Assembly (NCBI GenBank): GCA_963667845.2
Contig: CAXXVL010000002.1
Location: 1,376,001-1,440,000, forward strand
Length of the DNA: 64,000 nt
Origin: Smithellaceae bacterium
GTDB lineage: Bacteria; Desulfobacterota; Syntrophia; Syntrophales; Smithellaceae
Reading direction: 5' to 3'
Of the stretch, positions 37,182 to 47,279 are shown in pieces. A model generated the notes under the pieces. The model saw only the letters and a program-made list of their open reading frames with translations. It searched no databases and was not told the DNA's origin. How positions within the stretch are numbered: position 1 is the stretch's first letter; each line of letters begins with the position of its first letter. The translations under genes were made by a program, and so were the position numbers.

Positions 37182-38576
37182 ATGATTTACGAAAACAAGG
37201 ATCAATTGAAAAAAGGATGCGAAAACGTACTGGCCATCGACGGCGATGATGTTCGCGTTTTGGATGAAGGCCGGTTTCAGAGTAAACTGATTGACGATTT
37301 GATTTATACCGTCGTATTCAGCCCCGATCCGGGTACGAAAGATGCGGCGGCTTTTCTGATTCGCCGGGGAGCGGCGGCGCTGGGGATTATGTCCGCGTCG
37401 ATTCAAGCACTCTATGAGGCGATGGGCCGCAAGGAAGTCGGCGGCTTCACCGTCCCGGCGATCAATCTCCGCGGCATCGCCTATGATGCCGCCCAGGCCG
37501 TCTTCCGCGCCGCGCTGAAAGGGAATGTCGGACCGGTCCTCTTCGAAATCGCCCGCTCGGAAATCGACTATACGAAGCAACGGCCGCAGGAATATACCTG
37601 CGCCATTACGGCGGCGGCGGTCAAAACCGGCTGGCGCGGTCCGGTTTTTCTGCAGGGCGATCACTTTCAGATGAACGCCAAGAAGTTTGCCGCTGACGCG
37701 GACAAGGAAACACAGACGGTCAAGAATCTGATCTGGGAAGCCATCGAAGGAGGATTTTACAACATCGACATCGACACCTCCACGCTGGTCGATTTATCCA
37801 AGCCCACGGTCAAAGATCAGCAACGGACGAATTTTTCACTGGCGGCGGAACTTACCACCATGATTCGCGATCTGGAGCCGGAAGGCATTACGATCTCCGT
37901 AGGCGGCGAGATCGGTGAGGTCGGCGGTAAAAACAGCACCGTGGAGGAATTGCAGGTTTTCATGGACGGCTATCTGGAAGAGCTGAAGAAGCGCGGCGAC
38001 GCTTTCAAAGGCATCAGCAAGATCAGCGTGCAGACCGGGACGACGCACGGCGGCATTCCGCTGGCCGACGGCACGGTGGCAAAAGTCAAAATTGATTTTG
38101 ACGTTTTGGAGAAATTGTCCGAGACCTCCCGCACGCAGTACGGTCTGTCCGGCGCCGTTCAGCATGGCGCGTCCACGCTGCCCGATGAAGCGTTTGACCG
38201 TTTTCCCGCCACCGGCACCGCCGAGATTCACCTCGCGACCGGCTTTCAGAATATTATCTTCGACAGCAAAAATTTTCCGGCCCAGCTCAGGGCAAAAATT
38301 TATGATCATCTGAAGTCCGATCTGAAAGGCGAATGGAAGGAGAAGGACACTGAGGAACAGTTCATTTATAAAACCCGCAAGAAGGGTTTCGGCCCGTTCA
38401 AGCTGGAATTATGGCATCTGCCGGCGGATATCCGTGCGGGCATCTGCGCGGAGCTGGAGCGTCAGTTTGCTTTCCTGTTCGATAAACTCAAAGTTAACGG
38501 AACAAGGGCCGTCATGGATAAATGTATTCAGCTGATTGACGTCCCGCTGAAAATGCCTGCGGCGCTGAAAGGCTGA
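37182..38576 (+). CDS. Class II fructose-bisphosphate aldolase family protein with N-terminal extension
   Basis: VPAIN, QGDH, GEIGEVGG, GTTHG, VQHGAS metal-binding motifs; adjacent to fbp. Confidence 0.82.
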   Translation: MIYENKDQLKKGCENVLAIDGDDVRVLDEGRFQSKLIDDLIYTVVFSPDPGTKDAAAFLIRRGAAALGIMSASIQALYEAMGRKEVGGFTVPAINLRGIAYDAAQAVFRAALKGNVGPVLFEIARSEIDYTKQRPQEYTCAITAAAVKTGWRGPVFLQGDHFQMNAKKFAADADKETQTVKNLIWEAIEGGFYNIDIDTSTLVDLSKPTVKDQQRTNFSLAAELTTMIRDLEPEGITISVGGEIGEVGGKNSTVEELQVFMDGYLEELKKRGDAFKGISKISVQTGTTHGGIPLADGTVAKVKIDFDVLEKLSETSRTQYGLSGAVQHGASTLPDEAFDRFPATGTAEIHLATGFQNIIFDSKNFPAQLRAKIYDHLKSDLKGEWKEKDTEEQFIYKTRKKGFGPFKLELWHLPADIRAGICAELERQFAFLFDKLKVNGTRAVMDKCIQLIDVPLKMPAALKG

Positions 38577-38622
38577 TAAAGAATCCATCGCCCAAGGCGG
38601 TTCAAAAAGCGAGCGAATAAAT

Positions 38623-39684
38623 ATGAAAGCGGCTGTACTGGATAACATAACGAGCATTCGTGAAAATCCGCAGCCGCTTTCTTTTGTGGATCTGCCCATA
38701 CCGGTTCCCGGGGAGAAACAAATACTGGTTCGAATCGCCGCCTGCGGCGTCTGCCACACGGAGCTCGATGAAATCGAAGGCCGGACGCCGCCTGCTTCCT
38801 TCCCCTTTATTTTAGGACATCAGATTGTCGGCGTGGTCGAAAAGCGCGGCTTTGAGGCAGGGAAGTTTTCCATAGGCCAGAGAGTCGGCATCGGCTGGAT
38901 CGGGCAGGCGTGCGGAAAATGCCGGTACTGTCTTCGCGGGCAGGAGAACCTGTGCCCGGATTTCAAGGCGACCGGCCGGGACATCCCCGGCGGTTACGCA
39001 GAGTATGTTGCCGTTTCCGAAGATTTTGCTTTCTCTATCCCGGCAGCATTTTCCGATAGTCAGGCTGCCCCGCTTTTATGTGCGGGCGCCATCGGCTACC
39101 GCTCGCTTCGCCTGACCGGGCTTCGCAATGGCGAGCCGCTGGGGCTCACGGGCTTCGGCGCGTCGGCCCATCTCGTTTTGCAGCTTTCACGCTACCTTTA
39201 CCCGGATTCCGCGGTCTTTGTTTTTGCCCGTTCCGAGCGGGAGCGCAATTTTGCGCTGTCCCTCGGTGCAAGCTGGGCGGGGGATACCGCTTGCCGCAGC
39301 CCGCAAAAACTTGCGTCAATTATCGACACGACGCCCGCCTGGAAACCCGCTGTGAAAGCGCTGGAAAATCTTGCACCGGGAGGGCGGCTGGTGGTGAACG
39401 CCATCCGCAAAGAAGAAATGGATAAAGATCAACTGCTGCATATCGACTACCCGCTGCATCTGTGGCAGGAAAAAGAGATCAAAAGCGTGGCGAACGTAGC
39501 CAGACGGGATATTTACGAATTTCTGGAACTCGCCCCGCGCGTTCCTATTATACCGGATGTCGAGGAATATCCATTTGCCGACGCCAACCGGGCGCTTGCC
39601 GAACTGAAATCAGGTATGATCCGCGGTGCGAAAGTCTTAATCATGGATTACAACCCGCATCAAGAGATACGAAATACGAGATAA
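38623..39684 (+). CDS. Zinc-dependent alcohol dehydrogenase family protein
   Basis: CGVCHT, GHQIVG, CGKCRYC...C, APLLCAGAIGYR, GFGASA. Confidence 0.92.
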   Translation: MKAAVLDNITSIRENPQPLSFVDLPIPVPGEKQILVRIAACGVCHTELDEIEGRTPPASFPFILGHQIVGVVEKRGFEAGKFSIGQRVGIGWIGQACGKCRYCLRGQENLCPDFKATGRDIPGGYAEYVAVSEDFAFSIPAAFSDSQAAPLLCAGAIGYRSLRLTGLRNGEPLGLTGFGASAHLVLQLSRYLYPDSAVFVFARSERERNFALSLGASWAGDTACRSPQKLASIIDTTPAWKPAVKALENLAPGGRLVVNAIRKEEMDKDQLLHIDYPLHLWQEKEIKSVANVARRDIYEFLELAPRVPIIPDVEEYPFADANRALAELKSGMIRGAKVLIMDYNPHQEIRNTR

Positions 39685-39703
39685 AAAAATGACGAGATCG
39701 CTC

Positions 39704-40549
39704 TCACCCATGGGCCTGCCAGTCTGCCACATACTCCCATGATTTCCTGGACGGGACGGCCTCCTCGTGCCGCCAGCTTCCGGCGATCCCCAGCTCTTTG
39801 ACCGTCAAATCGAAGTGACACAGAGCAATGCCCATATCGATCCCCTGCAGAGAAACATCCCGCAGATACCGATAACCGATGGCGCGCGACAGATAGAATA
39901 AAAAAGTCTTCCGGTCTTTATCGTAGACGATTCGCCAGGGCTGCTTGTTGGATGCCGACGGCGCCAGACGGACATTTTCCAGAGCTTCACGGTAAATGCC
40001 GGCCTCCTCGGGAGAGAGCGGCGACGCGGCGTTATTCGAGAAAAAAAGTTCGCTCCACGGCAGACGATGGTCGGAGCCGGCAAAGCCGCGCATGACCCTT
40101 TCCGTGAGGCTTCTGCGGGACGCGGCATAGCCGATGGGGCTGACCGTGGGCAGGAGCTCGTTTCGCCGCATTCCGGCGGCGCGGCCGAAGGCGCTGATCG
40201 CAAATGTGCCGCCCATCCAGCAGGTGTTTAAACCCAATTCGGCGGCCCTGAGGATCAGCTTTTCGGTGCAGTACCCGTAATCCTCCGGTGCCATCGGCGC
40301 CGGGATGATCATCCCGGCCAGATACAGATGCGCGTTTTTGATTATGCCGTAAGTTCCCAGCATTTTCCATTCTTTGGCCGCGAGCGCGTCCATCGCGATC
40401 AGAGCAAAGCGCGGCTTGTTCCCGAAGGGGCCGGTGTGCGGCGCGCTTACCGCCTCGCGAAACGCTTTCAAAACGTCATCATCGACGGGATCGTCGGAGT
40501 ATGACCGGCAGGAATAGCGTTTGCGTATGGTTTCTGATATCGGTGTCAT
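39704..40549 (-). CDS. Nitroreductase family protein
   Basis: RKRYSCRSY, GLNTCWMG, LAPSASNKQPW, IDMGIA. Confidence 0.9.
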   Translation of the reverse strand: MTPISETIRKRYSCRSYSDDPVDDDVLKAFREAVSAPHTGPFGNKPRFALIAMDALAAKEWKMLGTYGIIKNAHLYLAGMIIPAPMAPEDYGYCTEKLILRAAELGLNTCWMGGTFAISAFGRAAGMRRNELLPTVSPIGYAASRRSLTERVMRGFAGSDHRLPWSELFFSNNAASPLSPEEAGIYREALENVRLAPSASNKQPWRIVYDKDRKTFLFYLSRAIGYRYLRDVSLQGIDMGIALCHFDLTVKELGIAGSWRHEEAVPSRKSWEYVADWQAHG

Positions 40550-40648
40550 GAAACCTCCTTAAAAATATGATTGGCAAAACGCCGCGGCTATCTTATACTA
40601 ATCGTACAGAATTTCATACCAAATGATGGGAACGGGTGAGGGGTAAAG

Positions 40649-42214
40649 ATGAAACTGACTACTGTGAAACAAATGCGCGGGATGGATCAATATGCCGCTC
40701 TATCGCTGGGGATTACCGAAGAGCTCCTCATGGAAAACGCGGCGCTCGCATCGGTCGGGCTGTTGCAGAGGGAGCTGGGGATTCCGGGCAGGAAATTTGT
40801 GATTTTTTGCGGCGCCGGAAACAATGGCGGCGACGGGTTGGCCGTAGCGCGCCTCATCGCCTCGGTGGGCGGCCGGGTCAAAGTTTTTCTCACGGCCTCT
40901 CCCAAGAAATACAGTGGAGCGGCCAAGGCCAACTACGACATTTTGTGCAATCTGGAGGGGGACATTCACCTGCTGACTCGCGTCGATGAGGCCAGAGCCG
41001 ATACCCTGCATTGTGATGCCATCGTCGATGCCATCTTCGGCACGGGGCTGGATCGGGAAGTCAGGGGGCTCGCTTGCGACGTGATCCATCTGATCAACGA
41101 ATGCCAGCGGCCGGTGTTGAGTCTGGATATTCCATCGGGCATTTCCGGCGATACGGGACAGGTGATGGGCGCTGCGGTGAGAGCTTCCTGTACCGTCACG
41201 TTCGGTTTGCCGAAAATCGGTAATCTGCTTTATCCCGGCTATGAGTATTGCGGGGCGCTGGCCGTGACGCACATTTCATTTCCGCCGGCGCTGTGTAACC
41301 GCGCTGAACTGACGATCGAAACCAATGAGCGGGTTTTGTTGCCTCCGAGGCTCGCGGAAGCATACAAAGGTGCAGTGGGGGATGTTCTGTTCATTGCCGG
41401 CGGCGCCAACTACTTCGGCGCGCCTTATTTTTCCGCGATGGCGTTTCTGAAGGCGGGCGGCGGCTATGCGAGGCTCGCAGCACCCGCCTCGATTATCCCG
41501 TTTATCGCACAGTCCGGCAGGGAAATTGTTTTTCTGCCTCAGCGGGAGACGGCCTCATTCAGCCTGTCGCTTAAGGCGAAACCCGAATTGCTGGCCCTTG
41601 CGGAAAAGGCCGATATGGTGGTCATTGGTCCCGGCCTGTCCCTGCAGGATGAAACAACAAAGCTGGTCCGGGAACTGGCCGCCGTTATTTCCCGGCCGCT
41701 GCTCATCGACGGTGACGGCTTAACGGCCATTGCCGAACGGCCGGAAATACTGCTCAAAAGGAAGGCGGCGACTATTCTGACGCCTCACGCGGGAGAAATG
41801 GCGCGCCTGACGCGCAAGACTGTGGCCGAGGTGAATGCCGATAAAATCGGCGTCTTGAGGGACACAGCCGAGAAGTTGAATGCGTCGGTTGTTCTGAAGG
41901 GCGCACATTCCCTGGTGGGCCTTGCAGACGGCCGGGTGTATGTGAATTTGAGTGGCAACCCGGGCATGGCGACGGCCGGAAGCGGTGACGTTCTCACCGG
42001 CTGCATTGCGGCGATGCACGGCCTCGGGTTGAGCCCGGAGATGGCGACGCGCAAAGGCGTCTTCCTGCATGGCTATGCGGGCGATCTGGCGGCAGCCCAA
42101 AAAGGCCAGGACGGCATCATTGCATCGGATATTCTGGAGCATCTGCCGCAGGCCTTGAAGGAAGACCGGGCGGGAACGATCGAAAGAAAATATTTTGCTC
42201 CGCCGCTGGTATAG
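40649..42214 (+). CDS. nnr: Bifunctional NAD(P)HX epimerase/dehydratase
   Basis: LMENA, GNNGGDG, DAIFGTG, DIPSG, LTPHAGEMARL, MATAGSGDVLTG. Confidence 0.95.
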   Translation: MKLTTVKQMRGMDQYAALSLGITEELLMENAALASVGLLQRELGIPGRKFVIFCGAGNNGGDGLAVARLIASVGGRVKVFLTASPKKYSGAAKANYDILCNLEGDIHLLTRVDEARADTLHCDAIVDAIFGTGLDREVRGLACDVIHLINECQRPVLSLDIPSGISGDTGQVMGAAVRASCTVTFGLPKIGNLLYPGYEYCGALAVTHISFPPALCNRAELTIETNERVLLPPRLAEAYKGAVGDVLFIAGGANYFGAPYFSAMAFLKAGGGYARLAAPASIIPFIAQSGREIVFLPQRETASFSLSLKAKPELLALAEKADMVVIGPGLSLQDETTKLVRELAAVISRPLLIDGDGLTAIAERPEILLKRKAATILTPHAGEMARLTRKTVAEVNADKIGVLRDTAEKLNASVVLKGAHSLVGLADGRVYVNLSGNPGMATAGSGDVLTGCIAAMHGLGLSPEMATRKGVFLHGYAGDLAAAQKGQDGIIASDILEHLPQALKEDRAGTIERKYFAPPLV

Positions 42215-42342
42215 CTCTGAGGCGAACCGGTCTCCCGTGGTTGAGGAGGCGAGCAGCCGATCCGTTCGCGCTGCTTTATTGATGCGGCCCGGTCTCACGG
42301 GAACTTTCCCGGAGAGTCAATATTTTGCAGGAAGGATAAGAC

Positions 42343-42909
42343 ATGAAAGTTCTGGCGTTTAATGGAAGTCCGAGAAAAGACGGCAATACGGGAATCCTCA
42401 TCGGCCACGTGTTTTCCGAGCTTGAAAAAGAAGGGGTGAAAACCGAAGCAGTTCAACTGTCCCGAATGAAGATCCACGGGTGTATCGCCTGTTATAAATG
42501 CTTTGAAAACCGGGATGGCCGCTGCGGGGTCAAAGACGATTCCGCCAATGAATATATCGAAAAGATGACGGGTGCGAACGGGATTATCCTGGCTTCGCCC
42601 GTTTATTTTGCCGATATGACGGCCGAGATGAAGGCGCTGATCGACCGCGCCGGGTTCGTATCGATGGCCAACGGCGGGCTTTACAGAAATAAAATCGGCG
42701 CTTCCGTTGCCGTTCTGCGGCGGACGGGGGGCATCCACACGATTGATTCGCTGAATCATTTTTTTCTCGCCGGCCAGATGATCATTGCGGGACGGGCAAT
42801 CGGAATCGGCAGAAATATCGGGGACGTACAGAGCGATGAAGAAGGCGTTCAGATGGCGAAGACTCTCGGCCAGCGGATGGCCTGGCTTCTTAAAAAAGTC
42901 TCGGGATAA
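42343..42909 (+). CDS. Flavodoxin-like iron-sulfur flavoprotein
   Basis: NGSPRKDGNT, CIACYKC...C, ASPVYF, KALIDR. Confidence 0.9.
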   Translation: MKVLAFNGSPRKDGNTGILIGHVFSELEKEGVKTEAVQLSRMKIHGCIACYKCFENRDGRCGVKDDSANEYIEKMTGANGIILASPVYFADMTAEMKALIDRAGFVSMANGGLYRNKIGASVAVLRRTGGIHTIDSLNHFFLAGQMIIAGRAIGIGRNIGDVQSDEEGVQMAKTLGQRMAWLLKKVSG

Positions 42910-42938
42910 GACCGGTTTATTGAGGGAGTGCCGAACCT

Positions 42939-43937
42939 ATGAAGAATGATCGTCAACCGGAAGCTATCCTTACGCTCGCCAGACAATTCATGGAAAGCCG
43001 GATTCTTCTCACCGCGGCCGAGCTTAATCTTTTTACCTTGCTCGACGAAGAGCCATCAACCGCCGAAGGTCTGGCTGGCCGACTGCATGCCGATTTACGG
43101 GGTCTGACAATTCTTCTCGATGCTCTGGCCGCGATGGATTTGATTATCAAACAGGAAGACAATACCTATCTCGTGACAGTCGACGCCGCCGCTTTCCTGA
43201 GCGATAAGAGCCCGCGTTCGGTCCTGCCGATGGTCCTCCACGCGGTGCACCTTTGGGAAAGCTGGTCGGGCCTGACCGACAAAGTCAGGCCGGCACAAGC
43301 AACGGGAACGGACCCGTCCGCGGCGCGGAATGCCGGTGAACTCCAGGCCTTCATCGGGGCGATGCATGTGATCGGAGCGCCACTGGCGCAAAAGATTGTC
43401 ACGGCCGTCGGGCCGGGCAAGGCAAAAAACCTTATCGATATAGGCGGCGCCTCGGGGACTTATACAATCGCTTTTCTTCGGGCCGCTCCGGAAATGACGG
43501 CGACGCTTTTTGACAGGCCTGCGGTCATTCCCATCGCCCGCGAGCGATTGGCTGAAGCGGGAATGCTCAGCCGCGTCTGTCTTGTGGCCGGCGATTTTTA
43601 CCAAGATGAGCTGCCCGGCGGACACGATCTGGCGATGCTTTCCGCCATCATCCACCAAAACAGCCCGGCCCAAAACGTCGAACTGTTCCAAAAAGTGCAA
43701 CGCGCACTGGTATCGGGGGGACGGATGATCATCCGCGACCATGTCATGGACGCTCTTCGCACCCGGCCGAAAGCGGGGGCAATTTTTGCCGTCAATATGC
43801 TCGTGAATACGAAGGGCGGTTCCACGTATACCTTCGCTGAAATCAGAAAGGGCCTCGAAGAGGCCGGCTTTATAAAGGTGAGAATGCTGGGCGCAGGCGA
43901 GCAAATGGATGCGCTGGTCGAAGCCTTCAAACCGTGA
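42939..43937 (+). CDS. SAM-dependent O-methyltransferase (dimerisation + Methyltransf_2 type)
   Basis: IDIGGASG, FDRP.V, AGDF, SAIIH. Confidence 0.9.
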   Translation: MKNDRQPEAILTLARQFMESRILLTAAELNLFTLLDEEPSTAEGLAGRLHADLRGLTILLDALAAMDLIIKQEDNTYLVTVDAAAFLSDKSPRSVLPMVLHAVHLWESWSGLTDKVRPAQATGTDPSAARNAGELQAFIGAMHVIGAPLAQKIVTAVGPGKAKNLIDIGGASGTYTIAFLRAAPEMTATLFDRPAVIPIARERLAEAGMLSRVCLVAGDFYQDELPGGHDLAMLSAIIHQNSPAQNVELFQKVQRALVSGGRMIIRDHVMDALRTRPKAGAIFAVNMLVNTKGGSTYTFAEIRKGLEEAGFIKVRMLGAGEQMDALVEAFKP

Positions 43938-44101
43938 TCCGCTGTCGGTGAGGCTGTGATGCGGTTAACGGGATCGGTAAACAAGTTTTCCTTTTTTATG
44001 CTTCCTTCATGACGAGGAAGTTTTGAATAAACTGAATGTCGTGTCACGGGATTCTTTTGACAGTGAATCATTAATGTATCTGATGGACGGAGGAGGAGCT
44101 T

Positions 44102-44737
44102 ATGAAGAAATTCGCGAAGGTTTTCTTGCTTGCGGCATTTTCAGCGATCATCGGCTGTGCATCGATGCCGCCTATTGAGATCAAACCCGTCACACCTAAC
44201 CTGAATATTGCGCAGGCGCACGTCAGGCCGCTCAAACTCGGCGTCGTGATCCAGGACCCCATGCCCTATTCGCTCTTTTACAAAGGGGAGGGCAGCTATA
44301 GGCGTGACATGACGGCCGATATGCGTGCGCAGGGATTGCTGCTCGAGCGTGATTTGTCCAAGATTACGTATGATACATTCTCCCAGGGATTCAAGCAGGT
44401 CGTGGTTCTGCGTGATCTGCCGGCGCCCGGCCAGTATGATGCCGTGGTCAATCTGAACATCGGGCAGATCCTGGCCAAAGAACATGTGATCATCACTGGC
44501 GAAACGTGCGATATCACGGCGGCCTGGACGATGTCGGTGCTGAATGGCCAGAACAGCGAGATTTTCAACACGAAGGGGATATCCCCGTCGCATAACTTCA
44601 AATGGAGCGCATTTAACCCGGGCCCCGGCTGGATCAGCGGGATCAACACGACGATGTCATTGATTCTCAGTGAATTGGCCGGCGAGTGGGGAACTACCCT
44701 TTATAAATTAGATATCCCGGGCGGTGCTGGGAGGTAA
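44102..44737 (+). CDS. Hypothetical lipoprotein
   Basis: GGAGG SD; signal peptide with lipobox-like IIGC. Confidence 0.75.
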   Translation: MKKFAKVFLLAAFSAIIGCASMPPIEIKPVTPNLNIAQAHVRPLKLGVVIQDPMPYSLFYKGEGSYRRDMTADMRAQGLLLERDLSKITYDTFSQGFKQVVVLRDLPAPGQYDAVVNLNIGQILAKEHVIITGETCDITAAWTMSVLNGQNSEIFNTKGISPSHNFKWSAFNPGPGWISGINTTMSLILSELAGEWGTTLYKLDIPGGAGR

Positions 44738-44740
44738 TCT

Positions 44741-46174
44741 ATGAAATGGCGACTTGGATTTTTGACTCTACTGTTTGCCCTCGTCTGCGGATGTTTCCCG
44801 ACATCCAAAGCCCCCATTGTGATACCCGTTTCCGATCTTGTCCCGTCTGCATCCACGGGTGTCATGGCGAGAGAGCCCGCTTTTACGGTTGTGCTGGACA
44901 GGTTCCGTGATGAGCGGTCCAACCGGAGCATTCTCGGTCAGTATGATAACCTCGGCAAAGGGGGATTCGCCGGAACTGAAACGATTACGTCCGACCGCGA
45001 CATCACCGAAGTGTTTGAAGACGTGGTGAAGAAGTCCCTTGAGCGCCGGGGAATCCATCAGGGGCCTTCTCCCTTCATCCTGAGGGGAGTCATCAGGAAA
45101 GCGAATGTCGGAGCCTCACCGGACTCTCAAACCATCAAAGCGGAGGTCTTCCTGGAATTGACCGTCATCAATTCCAATACCGGCGCCTACCTCTGGAGAA
45201 AAGCTTATCTGGGGCAGGCAAGCGGGCTTGATCCCAAACTGACGCTGGCGCACGCTTTTCAGGATCTGGCCCATGTTGTCGACGCGGACGACAGTCTTCT
45301 GGTGCTCAGGCAGGCCTTTCTGGCGGCAGGCGGAAAGGTGCCGGACGCTACAGGATCTCCCCACGCTCTGGCTCAGTCCCGAAAGGAAGCCATCTCCGAT
45401 GTTGACGAACTTCCTCATGCAAAATTGCAATCAAACAAGAACGCCTATGCCGTCATCATCGGCATTGAACAGTACCGGCAGAAGCTTCCGCCGGCCGATT
45501 TTGCGACACATGACGCTCAGATTGTGGCGGAATATCTCCTGAAGGTTATGGGATATCCCGCAGAGAATGTTATCGTCCTCCTCAATGACAAGGCGTCTAA
45601 AAGCGATTTCGATAAATATCTGGGCAGGTGGCTGCAAAACAATGTTGAAAGAGGCAGCTCCGTTTTCGTCTACTATTCCGGACACGGTGCACCGAATCCG
45701 AATACGGGGGACGCCTATCTTGTGCCTTACGACGGCGACCCGTCGTTCATCGAAGACACGGGATATTCGCTCAAGAGGCTCTATGAGCAGCTCGGCAGGC
45801 TGCCCGCGAGAGAAATTGTTGTGGCGCTCGATTCCTGTTTTTCCGGCGCCGGCGGGCGGTCCGTTCTGGCTAAAGGTGCGCGGCCGCTCGTCATGAATCT
45901 GCAAAGCGCTTTCGTGATCCCCGGAAATGTAACCGTTATGGCGGCGGCAGCGAGCAATCAAATCAGCTCGACCTATCAGGAAAAGAGCCACGGACTCTTC
46001 ACCTATTTTATGCTCAAAGGAATCAAGGAGGAGGGTGTGGTAAAATCCGACGGCGCAATAGCCGTTGGCGATTTGTATGCTTATATGAAGCCCCAGGTGG
46101 AGCGAATTGCCAGGAAACAATATAACAACGCGCAGACGCCTCAACTGATCCGGCGGCGGACGGGAAATAATTAA
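44741..46174 (+). CDS. Lipoprotein with C-terminal caspase-like (peptidase C14) domain
   Basis: Lipobox-like VCGC; AVIIGIEQY, YYSGHG (His), LDSCFSG (Cys), HGLFTY, QTPQ. Confidence 0.88.
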   Translation: MKWRLGFLTLLFALVCGCFPTSKAPIVIPVSDLVPSASTGVMAREPAFTVVLDRFRDERSNRSILGQYDNLGKGGFAGTETITSDRDITEVFEDVVKKSLERRGIHQGPSPFILRGVIRKANVGASPDSQTIKAEVFLELTVINSNTGAYLWRKAYLGQASGLDPKLTLAHAFQDLAHVVDADDSLLVLRQAFLAAGGKVPDATGSPHALAQSRKEAISDVDELPHAKLQSNKNAYAVIIGIEQYRQKLPPADFATHDAQIVAEYLLKVMGYPAENVIVLLNDKASKSDFDKYLGRWLQNNVERGSSVFVYYSGHGAPNPNTGDAYLVPYDGDPSFIEDTGYSLKRLYEQLGRLPAREIVVALDSCFSGAGGRSVLAKGARPLVMNLQSAFVIPGNVTVMAAAASNQISSTYQEKSHGLFTYFMLKGIKEEGVVKSDGAIAVGDLYAYMKPQVERIARKQYNNAQTPQLIRRRTGNN

Positions 46175-46236
46175 TTTCCGCCTTGGTAAGGCGGTCGACG
46201 CGAGGTGTTTGCAGATTGGCCGCGAGGAAAGCGGCG

Positions 46237-47211
46237 TTAAATTTTTCGGGAAAGAATGTATTCGGCCACGGCAAACAGGTGTTCTTTTTCAGTTGAGTCG
46301 GGGAAAACCGCCAGTCCGTCCTTTGCCTCGCTCACGAATTTTTCCGCGCGAGCAAGTGAATACTCAATGCCTCCGGAGGTCCGGACCAGGGCAAAAATAT
46401 TCCGGACGGCATCAGGCGTCAGTGCCTTCTCCTCGATGGCTCCCTTGATCATGTCGCGTTGGTTCTGGCTGCATGTCGCGAGTGTGTAGATAAGCGGCAG
46501 CGTCATCTTGCCTTCTTCGAGGTCCTTGCCGATGGATTTTCCGAAATCTTCTTCCCGGGCCATATAGTCGAGTGTATCGTCCGTGATCTGAAATGCCATG
46601 CCGATTTTATAACCGTATTGTTCAAGGGCTTCGGTCTGCGCAGGCGCTACGCCGCCCAGGACCGCCCCGCTTCCGCACGCGGCGGAAATGAGCACGGCGG
46701 TCTTCTTTTCAACGATGCTCAAATACTCCGCCTCTGATAGAGATGTATCTCCGCATTTCATGAGTTGAAAGACTTCGCCCTCCGACATGATGTTCGTCAT
46801 CTTCGACATGACCTGAACAATCTTGATGTCGCCGATTTCGGACAAAAGCTTGAAGGCTTTGGAGTACAGAAAATCGCCGACCAGGACGCTTGCGGCGTTG
46901 CCCCAGACGTTGTTGGCCGACGTCTTGCCGCGGCGGATGACCGCTTCGTCGATGACATCGTCATGGAGGAGGCTTGCCGTGTGAATGAATTCGATGGCGC
47001 CCGCGAGGGGGAAACGCGACTCACCCGAATAACCGCACAGACGCGACGAGATCAGATGCAAAAGAGGGCGGAAACGTTTTCCGCCGCTGTCGATCAGGTG
47101 ATGGGCGACTTCGGGGATCAATTTGACGTCGGAGGTGATATAGCGGTCCAGATGAACTTCGACCTGGCTCATTTCGCTGCGATAGGCTGAGAAAACATCG
47201 GCAATTTGCAT
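46237..47211 (-). CDS. ispB: Polyprenyl (octaprenyl-like) diphosphate synthase
   Basis: GGKRFRP, LLHDDVID, VLVGDFL, KTA, FQITDDTLD. Confidence 0.9.
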   Translation of the reverse strand: MQIADVFSAYRSEMSQVEVHLDRYITSDVKLIPEVAHHLIDSGGKRFRPLLHLISSRLCGYSGESRFPLAGAIEFIHTASLLHDDVIDEAVIRRGKTSANNVWGNAASVLVGDFLYSKAFKLLSEIGDIKIVQVMSKMTNIMSEGEVFQLMKCGDTSLSEAEYLSIVEKKTAVLISAACGSGAVLGGVAPAQTEALEQYGYKIGMAFQITDDTLDYMAREEDFGKSIGKDLEEGKMTLPLIYTLATCSQNQRDMIKGAIEEKALTPDAVRNIFALVRTSGGIEYSLARAEKFVSEAKDGLAVFPDSTEKEHLFAVAEYILSRKI

Positions 47212-47279
47212 GAACGTTCTGACCTCGAACAGATTTGAGGGGACTATATTGGAAATGACGGATACTTGTCAAATGAGTT

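Noticed and set aside
39664..39684. Short GA(G/A)ATAC heptamer run at the end of the dehydrogenase gene
   Set aside because: Only about three degenerate units; too short to interpret.
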